Positions 1 to 9,964 of a DNA stretch of 64,000 bases are shown here, one piece after another (the stretch's first letter is position 1; each line of letters starts with the position of its first letter). The DNA comes from Penicillus capitatus (lineage: Eukaryota > Plantae > Chlorophyta). The notes below the pieces were generated by a model. The model saw nothing but the letters and a program-made list of their open reading frames with translations. It did not search any database and was not told the origin of the DNA. Where the stretch lies: positions 434,001 through 498,000 of the forward strand of contig OZ287699.1 of NCBI GenBank assembly GCA_965649825.1, given 5' to 3'. Both the position numbers and the translations under genes were made by a program.

Positions 1-405
1 GCTCCAAATATCGATACAGCTGTCGGTGGATACGCAACTTACCTGACGACGCTGACCCTCTACTGTGGATTCTATATAAGAACGGACGATATGCCGGATT
101 ACTTGGTTTGGTATTCCAAGATCTCGTTCATCAAATACAGCTTTGGCGCCTTGGTCATCAATCACTTTGACTGCGAAGAGGGCAGAAATCTTAAGATCCA
201 ACCAGGAGGTAAACACTTACTTGCCTACATTGAAGAGAGCATCTAGTGTTGTGATGGTGTAGAGGGAGAAGTGTCGGCACTGGATTTTTACGCATTGGAT
301 GACGTGGATAAATTCGCCTACGCAGGATATGTCTTTCTCTTTTTTCTGGCATATGCGACGCTGGCATTTTTGGCAATGCAGTACGTGCGCCACGAAAAAC
401 GTTGA
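1..405 (+). CDS. ABC transporter G family (ABC-2 type) C-terminal transmembrane region, 5'-partial, 2 exons
   Basis: Frame 1 reads APNIDTAVGGYATYLTTLTLYCGFYIRTDDMPDYLVWYSKISFIKYSFGALVINHF, matching the ABCG pattern GF(Y/F)I...P..W..ISF.KY.F.AL.IN.F. A GT-AG intron at about 209-262 is followed by ...FLAYATLAFLAMQYVRHEKR* (TGA 403-405). Confidence 0.85.
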
Positions 406-927
406 GATCGATTGGACGACAATGTTTTCGGGCGCTGATCGCTTGATGCTCCGACATGTTGGCGTGGGGATATTTTTTTGAATGCTTGATGAAGAAGTGC
501 TTGGTAATATCAGATGACTTGGATAAAAACTGTGTGCCATGCGCCATCGTCCGCGATCGAACAGAACAATGCGCAAAACTCAACCTGAGCCATCACAGGC
601 TCCGATGAGCGTCATACCACGTCTCGTTACGAACTGCGCTCGATGCCAAGAAAGCTAAGAACAGTGGATCGAGATCGATGATGGATGTCCATAGGAGATA
701 GACGATTAGCGAGCAGTGAGTCGGTCCTATGTGATCGTCACCGATCCATACGACGTATTTCGGTCAGAGGTGACGGTTAGTAATGGTCTGTGCTTTGTGA
801 ACAGTCTACAGGACGCTGCGAACTGAGGTTGTTTGTTGTATTATTTTGGAAAGATTTGATGATGCCTTGGCAAATTGATTACACGTATCTGACAATGATG
901 CAGGTATTCTGGCGTAAGGACAGATCG

Positions 928-3900
928 ATGTGCGCATTCCTACACTTGGCGTTGTACGTGGTGCTGTTTGTATCGCCGTCATCGCTATGCAGTCAAGGTT
1001 GGCGACCGCCATCCGACGTCGGTTTACTGTGTGTGGCAGATTATGGCAACAGCGTCTTTCCAGCTTTATTTCGTATTATTAAGATAACAGTAAGCAAAAC
1101 GATTGCGCTCAACCACACAGTCGATTCTGCGCCGTGGTGATACAGGGAGGGGGAAGGGCTCCACGTGGACGATTTCCTTACATGTGCAGTCTCCGAGAAC
1201 GCGGCACTCGAGTCCACAAATGCGGAGCGACGCTCTTCCGACCGAATTGGATCTTGACGGCAGCGCATTGCGTGGACCCCAATCAACACGGAACCGTTGG
1301 TCTTACGCCGATCGTCTACTGCGGCATCTACAAAGTCAACAAAATCGACGATGACAAAGTGATCTCTGTGTTTCTTCAACGACGAGTCCATACCCTCTTC
1401 TGTTGTAGGTGTTCGTCACAGTGGATGCCTATATACATGAGAAATGGAGCGGCAGTGTCGGTGATGGCTATGACATTGCTGTGTTGAAATTAGATAAGGA
1501 AGCGAATCTGACGCTGCCACATCTGGGATCCGCCAATGTCCCTATGGACGATGGGACATTTTTTACCGCCACGGGATGGGGTACGACCAAAAAGGTTCTC
1601 GCCCCCAAATATTTGCACGTGACGGACGAACTTACGAAAGAATCACCTGACAAGTGCAAAGAACCGCCAGTCCACGTCGACCCTGGCAGTTGGATCTGTG
1701 CAGGAGGAAGCGGAGAAGACACATGCAGAGGCAAGCGATCGACTTTGCAAAGTTATGTGCGTTGATCAACATGCGCGCTGCATTGCAGGCGATTCGGGAG
1801 GGCCTCTTATGCTTGCAGACGCTCCAGGCATTGCTAGAAACCTCAGCGCAGGGAAACCGAAATACGATCTCATCGTCGGAATTACATCATTCGGCTACGC
1901 AGACAATGAAACCAAAGAGTGCTCCGGAGACGTACCCGCTGTCTACACAAGTGTCGATTATTTCTTGGAATGGATAAAAGAGAAAGTTTCGGATCTCCCC
2001 ACCGTGAGATGCTGCGATCGAGTGCAAAAGAAATCACCGCGTCGTATACGTAGATGCCAGAAACCGAAGATCCAGGGCATCAAAAAGTGGATGTCCCTAA
2101 ACAAATAGAACCCAGTTCGACACAGCTCCAGATGATGACCGTGAGTCCAGTCACAGAAGAGCTCAAATGCCATCCGTCGTTGATCTGTGAAGGAAATGAT
2201 GTCTGCCATTCGAAAAGACAACGCTCCCAACGTTGAAGAGCTCCTGTCGGCTGGGCTGGACGTCAATGCTGTCCAAGGAAACGGTGCCAGTATCAGGGGA
2301 TTTCCGGTGGCGGCGGGATCGACGTTGCTCTATTGGACGGCTGTGTACAACGCTTTGAAATGCGCCCTGGTGAGTGATCTTTCTGTCGAGATTGAAACGA
2401 TGACGATCCACGGAATCTATCATCGCCTCTTGTTCCATCTCAACGGCGGGATGTGTTTGTCCGAAGGTGTTGATCGATCACGGAGCAAATGTCAACGCTG
2501 TCAATAAGGATGGACAAACCCCGCTTCACGCAGCAGCATTTCGAGGACTGTTGGAGATTGTGAAGGTGACCTGTTAAGCTGATAGCTGTGTTTAAAGACG
2601 TCGCCGGATGAAGGTTCTTATCAATCACGATACTGATCTGGACATTGCGGCAGTGGATGGATGGACCCCATTACAAGGGGCGGTTCGATACAAACACGTC
2701 GACGTTGTAAAGGTGACCTCCTTGATCTTTCTGGATTTAATTGCATGACAGACAGATCGACAGGTACTCCTCGGGGGCGGCGCAAATGTGAATGTCGTTG
2801 ACAAGACGGGATGGACGCCGTTGCGCTGGGCAGCAGAAGCCGGGGACGTTGACCTCACAAGAGTACTCTTGAGCAGGACTCTCGTAGTTGATGCGTCATA
2901 CATTGTTTCGCAGATTCTGCTAGAGAACAACGCCGACGCAGATATTGGGGACAACAGCGGACGGACACCACTTCATTGGGTCACAATTGCGAAACGCGTT
3001 GAAGTCGCGAAGGTGATCTGATCGCACGCATCGTTTTCGATGACGACAGCTCGTGATCTCGAAGACAGATTCTCTTAAAGTACGGTGCCAATGTGGATGC
3101 CATCGATGCAAGTGGACGGACTCCACTTCATTGGGCAGCAGAACTTGGAAACGCGGACATCGCAAGGGTAATGCCCAGACTCCATTTCGGTGTCGATTGC
3201 ATGACATACGCATCAACAGGTCCTCATCGATCAAGGAGCTGATGTGAACACTGGCGACAATAACGGCTGGACGCCGCTTCGATGGGCAGCTAACACAGGT
3301 CGTGTCATGATCGCAGAGGTATGTGACCTTTAAGCACGTCATCTACTTTTTCCTTGTGTTTTGGCCTAGGTTCTTCTCAAAAATGGCGCTGACGCAGATA
3401 TCGCGGACAACAGCGGACGAACGCCATTGCACTGGACAGCCATTTCCAGATACCCAGAGGTCACAAAGGTCACGTCAAAGTACCCATCTGCCTCTCGCGA
3501 CAACACAGATCAATGGACAGGTCCTACTTGACGGAAATACGAATGTGGACGCTATTGATACGACCGGGCGGACAGCACTTCATTGGGCAGCTGGAAGAGG
3601 ACACGACGATGTTGCGAAAGTGAGTTCCTAACCGAGATGCGTTCTCGTTACAGAGCATCTGTATCCACAGGTCCTTCTCGACGGAGGAGCCGATGTCAAC
3701 GTTGCTGACAACAGTGGATGGACGCCGCTTCGATGGGCAGTCAGTTCTCGGCACATCGACACCACACAGGTGAAGCCGAATTCGCATCTGGTCGTGGCCG
3801 TACTGTGATCGATAGATCCTCGTTGATCACGGTGCAAATGTGGACAGCGCTGACAACAGTGGACGGACGGTTCTCAGTTGGGCAGCGATCGCCGGCTATG

Positions 3901-4244
3901 GCGAAATTATCAAGGTGATGTTCGAGACAGCTTCTGTTCTCCGTCGTATACAAGTCGTTCCGCAGGTTCTTGTAGATAGAGGTGCCCACTTAGACGTTAC
4001 CGATACGAGCGGACAGACGGCACTTCACTGGGCTTCGCGTTTTGGCCGCTTGGATGCTGCTACAGTAAGCACGATTCCCACATGTCGCAATTCTGATCGC
4101 ATGGCGCAGATTCTTATCGCCGCTGGGGCATCGAAAACCAAAAGAAACTACAATGGACTTACTCCTGTCCAGGTTATCTGTGTCGAAACATCTTCATGTT
4201 CTGAAGACACTCGAGCTGCTCTCCTTACCTTGTTGATGCCTTGA
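928..4244 (+). CDS. Multi-exon gene: signal peptide + trypsin-like (S1) serine protease + about 12-13 ankyrin repeats
   Basis: N-terminus [23 protein letters not shown] is hydrophobic. Protease motifs IQGG, LTAAHC (His), YDIAVLKL (Asp) and DTCR/GDSGGPL (Ser) lie across exons. Phase-0 introns at 2004-2053 and about 2142-2193 link KVSDLPT to MPETED...QMMT to EMMSAIRKD. Ankyrin exons follow (G.TPLHWAA...LL..GAdvn), ending at TGA 4244. Confidence 0.8.
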
Positions 4245-4863
4245 TCGTCGCCTATATAATAATAATCTTGGGTTTTTTGTTCGGTTTCTTGTCTATATGG
4301 ACGCGTTTATTTGTCGAAATCACATAAGACTGAGGATGGGGTTTGGCTTTAAGTTTGCCAGCCATGGTTCTGGCTTATCGTTACGTCGACGTCAAAAAAT
4401 CGCGATCATCGAGTTCGCCTATCGCAAAGGAAGATTTGAAAACGGGATCATGGTATGCGAATCGTATACCGACCAACAACTCACGTCCGTTGTCCTGTCT
4501 TGATGATGATGACTGTTGACACAGACGACTTCGACATCGGCGGCTACAAGGATCGTCATCCTGTCCACTCGCGAAACATAACAGAGTCATTTTGGCAAAC
4601 GCGTGGATCGCATCCCGATGGATCACGTCGCCAACACGAGAACTATTGGGACCGAGAATGCAGCTGTCTGAGCGCATCGATGCCGGATCAAGACGAGAGT
4701 CGACAGGATATTCTACTGTCTTCTGCATAGTAGTGTCATCCACTTGTCTCCAAGAGTAATCGAGAGCTGAGCATCACTTGCAACAACCTTGGCGTCCTCT
4801 AGCGAACTCTGAAGACGGTCTTCAGGAAGAAGAACAAAACGAAGGTGAACCGGTCGAGGCAGG

Positions 4864-5042
4864 TGTGGACTCCTGCAGACAGTATTAAGCGATGACTCAT
4901 CATGGCACTTGTAGTCATCGCATCAACGACGTATTAGTCGCCCCTCCTGATCGGGAGGTACTTAAGGAGGGGCGTAAACAACGGAAAAGACTCTCGTTCT
5001 TTTGTAAGCAATCGTTTGTTTACAACGTCTGAAGTAATGACA
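4864..5042 (+). repeat. 5' LTR of element 1
   Basis: TGTGGACTCC...GTAATGACA, direct repeat of 9786-9964 (177/179 identical). Confidence 0.97.
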
Positions 5043-5645
5043 TCTGGTTTCGGAGCGAAGGAGACCGACCGGACGGTCATGGCTGTGTTGGTGGCAATCC
5101 TCCTTTATTGCGACGGAGGCGTTCAAACAGAAGCAGCGACAAACGACGATACGTCCAACGAAGGCTTGGAGATGACTGCCGGGCAGAACATGGCGGATAT
5201 AATGCGGACCATCAAGCTCTTGCGACGAGAGAACGCGGAGTTACGGGAAGACAAAGACCAGCTGTTGGGAGAGTCCATTAGACTGCGCAAACGTCTGGCT
5301 GCATGCTGTCCATGTCGCGAAGAAACGGCAGAGTCCACGACGGGGGGCCGATGGAAGTTCTAGAAGACATGGTTCTCGGCCAGCGATCACTCCAAGGCTG
5401 AAGATGCGCCGACGGCGCCGGAAGCCGCCGCGGACGAAAGCGGGATGTGGCGGTCAACCTTCCATCGGATCCGAAACTCAATCGTCGACTTCATCGCAGC
5501 GGCGGCGACGGTCACAGGCACGTCGCTCCGCATCATGTGGACGATCTTCTGGCTGTGCGTGGCATTCATCGTCACAAACGTGCTCTGCCTGATGTGGCTC
5601 AAGGCGACGGTCATGTGGAAAGGATGTAAGGCCGTTGACGGGTAG
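5037..5645 (+). CDS. Upstream ORF of element 1: hydrophobic N-terminus, coiled coil, C-terminal TM helix; one in-frame TAG at 5361-5363
   Basis: ATG 5037 lies inside the LTR end. Reads VMAVLVAILLYC, then IKLLRRENAELREDKDQLLGESIRLRKRL (heptad-like). The same frame continues after the TAG to IMWTIFWLCVAFIVTNVLCLMWL and stops at 5645. Confidence 0.6.
5045..5058 (+). promoter_or_regulatory. Primer binding site TGGTTTCGGAGCGA
   Basis: Starts with TGG 2 nt after the LTR. Identical to the 14 nt after the 5' LTR of element 2. Resembles the plant tRNA-iMet PBS TGGTATCAGAGC with 2 substitutions. Confidence 0.8.
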
Positions 5646-5844
5646 AGGACAACGGTTGCGGCCCTGCGGACCGGACAGGCTGCCCACTTCCTGATATGAC
5701 AGCGGTCCGCAGGCGCCGAGGGTACTTAAGTGACTGGACTCGCCATGTAATCAGTCTCTGCATTGACTCTTTACAGCTCCTCCGTTTCTGCACACGCGTT
5801 GGCGCGTTCGCGTCGCGCCGAAGTCCGACGAATCCCCGTCAGCC

Positions 5845-8800
5845 GTGGTAAAGTGGTACTTCCATCTGCCAATCTGGGTGGTGTTGGGAATAGCCGTCCA
5901 ACAGTTTATCCAACTCCTTCGACGACTGCAATGGGAAAGCGAGCCAGAAGGCAATGACGATGACCTCAGACAAGAACTCAGGGAGGTAAAGAATGCCCTG
6001 AGGGAGTTAAGGCGGGCCTCGGACGAAAAACGAGGCACCAGGGTCGACAAATCCGACACGCATGCTCGCCGACGCTCGTCCGATTCTCCCGGACCCTCTG
6101 CTTTTCCGAGAAAAGACGGAGGAACTCCGAGAGGGAAGCGATGCAAACGATGTGGGGGAGACGATCATCCGATTTGGGCCTGCCCTGCCAGGCCTAGCAA
6201 GCCCAGCGCTCCGTGTCCTATATGCCGTGGGATGCACTGGAAGGATGAGTGCCCCAAACAGCGAAAAGACAGAGCTTATGCAGCGTCCACCTGTATGGGA
6301 TCGGACATTGACGATGAGTTCAGTTTCAGAAGTGGCCGGTCCTCTCCCAGAGGAGGCGAAGTTCAGACAGATGAAGGGTGCTCTCATCAGCCGACAACGG
6401 CGGCAGTCAGTGGAACGGAAAGGGACAACGGGAGACCTCTCCTCCACGTGCAAGGGCGGATCGAAAACGAGCCTCGGGCCCGGGAGTTTCTCATTGACTC
6501 CGGGTCGTCCGCCAACTTGATCTCCAGGACGATCTGTGAAGAGATCGGGCATTCAGCGGTGCCTTGCGATGTGACTGAGGTTTACGGAGTCTCAGGAGAG
6601 GGTCTACCCGTCCTTGGGCAGACTACCCTGAACACTCACCTCGGGAGCTCAGAGAAGAAGGTGACGTACTTGGTTGTTCCCCAACTGGGGAAAACGATAC
6701 TTGGCACTCCTGCCTTACGTCAGTTTGAGTTCAGCATCAACTGCAGCGAGGAATACCTGCAGAGACCATGCGGAGAGAGACTCTTCTGCCATGCAGCCTC
6801 AAAAGATCAGCTGCAAAAAAAACTTCTAGATCTGGGGACCTCTGCCCCAGGGCCAAGAATCCAGGGGAGATCTGCCGCTTACCATACAGTGGAGATCTCC
6901 ATCCTCGGCCAAAGAAAAAAGGCGGCGCGTGTCGCAGTCGTGGGCAACCGTGCTCACTTGCCCCTCGGAAGGTCCACCGTGATGGGCCCTAAGGAAACAA
7001 AAATCCTAGTTTTACCGTTCAACGTGGTAGGAGACGGGATCCAAGGCGTGCTGCCAGTGCTACAGGTCCGTAACCTGCTAGCTTCCGTTTCCCTGTCCAA
7101 TGAAGGAACGGTCAGAGTCCAAATATATAATTCTGCCGGCGAAGCCAAATTGTTGAGTCCGAAACTCAAGGCAGCGGCAATCATCAAGACACCGGAGAGC
7201 CGATTCGACATCAGCGAGCCGGAAGCGTCTCACGAAGCAGACGAGAGCCCTTCGATGAGTCTCGTCTCGGCATCAGCACACACGGAGAAAGCCGATCTGG
7301 ATCACTTTGTGCAGAAATACCCAGCGGTATTCTCCAAAGGCATATTCGGCGTGGGCAAACCGATCGCGCGATTGAAGATATGTCACAAAGAAATCGAGTG
7401 GCTGAAAGACGTGGCAGACATTCCAAGCTGCAATAGAGGCGCTCGATACGAGACGGGGGACGTCTCCACCAAAGAAGCCGACGAAGTGCTTGCCGATATG
7501 GAGGCGCGTGGGGTGATCAGAAGAGTGAGGCCTGGTGAAAGGGTCTTTCTGAGCCCCACGATATGGGTCAGAAAGCCCAACGGGAAAGCACGCAAGACCC
7601 TCGACTTCCGGCTCTTGAATACATACTGCCGAACGTGGAAAGCTCAAATGCCGAGCGTGAGAGAGACAGTATCGTCTATACCGGCCGAGTGGGACAGGTT
7701 TACTGTCCTAGACTTAGACTGCGGGTTCTTTCACCTACAGGTTTGCGATGCCCTCCAGAAGCTATTCGGATTCGAGCACCAAGGAAAGAGGTGGACATAC
7801 AAATGCCTTCCGATGGGATGGCCATGCAGTCCTTCGCTGTTCCTTAGCCGTCTGCGCTCGGTCTTCGAGACCACCAAAGCAATCATCTATCAAGATGACA
7901 TCTTGATTGGCGGACGCGATCAAGGGGAACATGACAGCAATGTGGAAGAAGTATTAAGAGTGATGGAGGCCCACTGCCTTCACACCAATCGACAGAAGAT
8001 GCAGTTCTGTGAAAAGCAAGTGATTTTTCTGGGGTACGATGTCCGAGAATCAACGTTCAGCCTCGAGAGCTACATTCGCAAGCAATGCACCCAAGTGCCC
8101 ATATCGACGTCGAAGCATCAACTGCAGAAGATGATTGGAATACTGAACGTCTGTCGACCCACATGTCACAGACTAAGCCAGTGGCTGGAGCCCTTACAAG
8201 AAGAACTGAGTCTCCCGAGAAAGGATCGATCAGATCTGGCCACACTGCAGAGGAAGACAAGGGAAGTATGGGAACTGGTGCTGCGTAACTCGATGTCACT
8301 GCATCGACTACCAACCAATGCGACGAAGGAATCGCACCTCTACGTCGACTGGAGCGGCGTAGGAACCGGATATGCTCTGTTCTCAGGACCGATGAGCGAA
8401 GGACTGTTGATCGGAATCAACAGTCGTCGTGAAGCCAACGGCGCTGTGAGCAGCATGCTTGGAGAACTGAGAGGGCTTTGTTGGGCCCTCGAGCAAGTGA
8501 AGGTCATGACAGCGGGGACGCGAATAGTGGTGTGGACAGATTCCCAAAGCGCATACCAATGCGTAATGGGAACGCCACGAAGCCGGTCACTCCTCGACGC
8601 AAGGGTGTCTCGACTGCTCGATTGGCTTTGGACGAATTTCGAGATCCCCTCCAGACTTGAAGTGCGCTACCTTCCCGGTGCATCTAACGGGGTGGCAGAC
8701 GTCTTAAGCCGGTGGCCATCATTGGAAAAGGCAGCAACGACATTTCTCACAGAGCAACAGACCGAACGCCTGAGAACAGCCCACGACGGTCATTGGAACT

Positions 8801-9726
8801 CCCGCCGAACATGGGAGCACCTCAAAAGGGACGGAAGCACATGGCCATCGGCCCGAACGGATGTTGAAGAGTTCGTGCGAAGATGCGAGGGTTGTCAAAG
8901 GGGAGCCAGACCCCGTCTTAGAGATGAATGGAGAGGCATCGAATGTCCCGTGGCAAACCACATGTTGTTCCTCGACTTCCTAGGACCAATCAAGCTTGGA
9001 AGATATCAAAAGAAGAACAAGCATGTCTTAGCAATCGTCGACGGGCTAACCAGGTTCTGCCAGTTGACGATAACGACGCAACCAAACGAAGAAACCGTGA
9101 TCAAGACCCTCACGAGATGGTGGAATGCCACCGTGGCAAGACATGGAGGCATAGAAGCTATATTTTCAGATCAAGGCCAAGCATTTTGTGGTCGTCGATT
9201 GCGTGCCTTTTGCACCGAGCGGCAGATCACACATTACTATTCTCCCACCTATACCGCACATACGAATGGCCGTGTGGAGCGCCTTGTCGGGAACATCAAG
9301 AAAAGAGTGGAAAAGATGACCGCGAACCAAGAACTTCCGATCGACAGCAAACGCCTTGAGGATGTAATCAATGATGCCGTTCATGGCGTGACGAAATATA
9401 CGCCCAATGAGCTCTTCTGGGGCGTGACACGAAATGGAGAACAAATCGACGACGAGAGACTAAAGACATGGAGGGCAAAGGCGATCCAAAATTGCAGAAA
9501 ATCAAGGGAAGCCACTACGAGGCGAAGCCACAGAAAAATCGCAGCCTCATCGCCACCCTTAAGAACTGGAAGAAGAGTGCTGGTCTTTTACCCAGAAGCT
9601 GGCAAACCTGCAGCCTGGAGAGGTCCATACATGTTAGCAGAGAGAGTAGGAAGATGCAGATGGCGTATTCAAGGGCCAGTGAGGAATCCAGTTCACTCGA
9701 GCCGAATTAAAGAATACTATGATTGA
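5845..9726 (+). CDS. Gag-Pol polyprotein of element 1 (TM-like helix, coiled coil, 2 zinc knuckles, aspartic protease, RT, RNase H, integrase)
   Basis: 1293-codon ORF, open from 5767. Motifs: CKRCGGDDHPIWAC and CPICRGMHWKDEC, LIDSGS, YQDD, LYVDWS...ELRG...TDSQ...ADVLSR, HDGH...CEGC, FLDFLG/SDQG/VERL (DDE) and WRGPY. Confidence 0.95.
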   Translation: MVKWYFHLPIWVVLGIAVQQFIQLLRRLQWESEPEGNDDDLRQELREVKNALRELRRASDEKRGTRVDKSDTHARRRSSDSPGPSAFPRKDGGTPRGKRCKRCGGDDHPIWACPARPSKPSAPCPICRGMHWKDECPKQRKDRAYAASTCMGSDIDDEFSFRSGRSSPRGGEVQTDEGCSHQPTTAAVSGTERDNGRPLLHVQGRIENEPRAREFLIDSGSSANLISRTICEEIGHSAVPCDVTEVYGVSGEGLPVLGQTTLNTHLGSSEKKVTYLVVPQLGKTILGTPALRQFEFSINCSEEYLQRPCGERLFCHAASKDQLQKKLLDLGTSAPGPRIQGRSAAYHTVEISILGQRKKAARVAVVGNRAHLPLGRSTVMGPKETKILVLPFNVVGDGIQGVLPVLQVRNLLASVSLSNEGTVRVQIYNSAGEAKLLSPKLKAAAIIKTPESRFDISEPEASHEADESPSMSLVSASAHTEKADLDHFVQKYPAVFSKGIFGVGKPIARLKICHKEIEWLKDVADIPSCNRGARYETGDVSTKEADEVLADMEARGVIRRVRPGERVFLSPTIWVRKPNGKARKTLDFRLLNTYCRTWKAQMPSVRETVSSIPAEWDRFTVLDLDCGFFHLQVCDALQKLFGFEHQGKRWTYKCLPMGWPCSPSLFLSRLRSVFETTKAIIYQDDILIGGRDQGEHDSNVEEVLRVMEAHCLHTNRQKMQFCEKQVIFLGYDVRESTFSLESYIRKQCTQVPISTSKHQLQKMIGILNVCRPTCHRLSQWLEPLQEELSLPRKDRSDLATLQRKTREVWELVLRNSMSLHRLPTNATKESHLYVDWSGVGTGYALFSGPMSEGLLIGINSRREANGAVSSMLGELRGLCWALEQVKVMTAGTRIVVWTDSQSAYQCVMGTPRSRSLLDARVSRLLDWLWTNFEIPSRLEVRYLPGASNGVADVLSRWPSLEKAATTFLTEQQTERLRTAHDGHWNSRRTWEHLKRDGSTWPSARTDVEEFVRRCEGCQRGARPRLRDEWRGIECPVANHMLFLDFLGPIKLGRYQKKNKHVLAIVDGLTRFCQLTITTQPNEETVIKTLTRWWNATVARHGGIEAIFSDQGQAFCGRRLRAFCTERQITHYYSPTYTAHTNGRVERLVGNIKKRVEKMTANQELPIDSKRLEDVINDAVHGVTKYTPNELFWGVTRNGEQIDDERLKTWRAKAIQNCRKSREATTRRSHRKIAASSPPLRTGRRVLVFYPEAGKPAAWRGPYMLAERVGRCRWRIQGPVRNPVHSSRIKEYYD

Positions 9727-9785
9727 AGTGCGAAGCGAAGAATGATGGTTTTTTTGTTGTTTTCGAAGTTTGCAGCCGAAGCGTA

Positions 9786-9964
9786 TGTGGACTCCTGCAG
9801 ACAGTATTAAGCGATGACTCATCATGGCACTTGTAGTCATCGCATCAACGACGTATTAGTCGCCCCTCCTGATCGGGAGGTACTTAAGGAGGGGCGTGAA
9901 CAACGGAAGAGACTCTCGTTCTTTTGTAAGCAATCGTTTGTTTACAACGTCTGAAGTAATGACA
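9786..9964 (+). repeat. 3' LTR of element 1
   Basis: Direct repeat of 4864-5042, followed by TSD GCAGG. Confidence 0.97.

Larger units (their letters stand above)
4864..9964 (+). mobile_element. Full-length Ty3/gypsy LTR retrotransposon (element 1)
   Basis: 179-bp TG...CA LTRs at 4864-5042 and 9786-9964 with 2 mismatches. 5-bp TSD GCAGG on both sides, PBS at 5045-5058, and domain order PR-RT-RH-IN. Confidence 0.97.

Noticed and set aside
5751-6552. Opposite-strand or alternate-frame ORFs over gag (5751-6146, 6007-6552, 6062-6520)
   Set aside because: They show no motifs and are expected shadow ORFs of GC-rich coding sequence.
9727-9785. An env gene or chromodomain 3' of integrase
   Set aside because: Only 59 nt separate the element 1 stop from its LTR, and the element 2 ORF runs into the LTR. 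No chromodomain motif follows the GP(Y/H) region.
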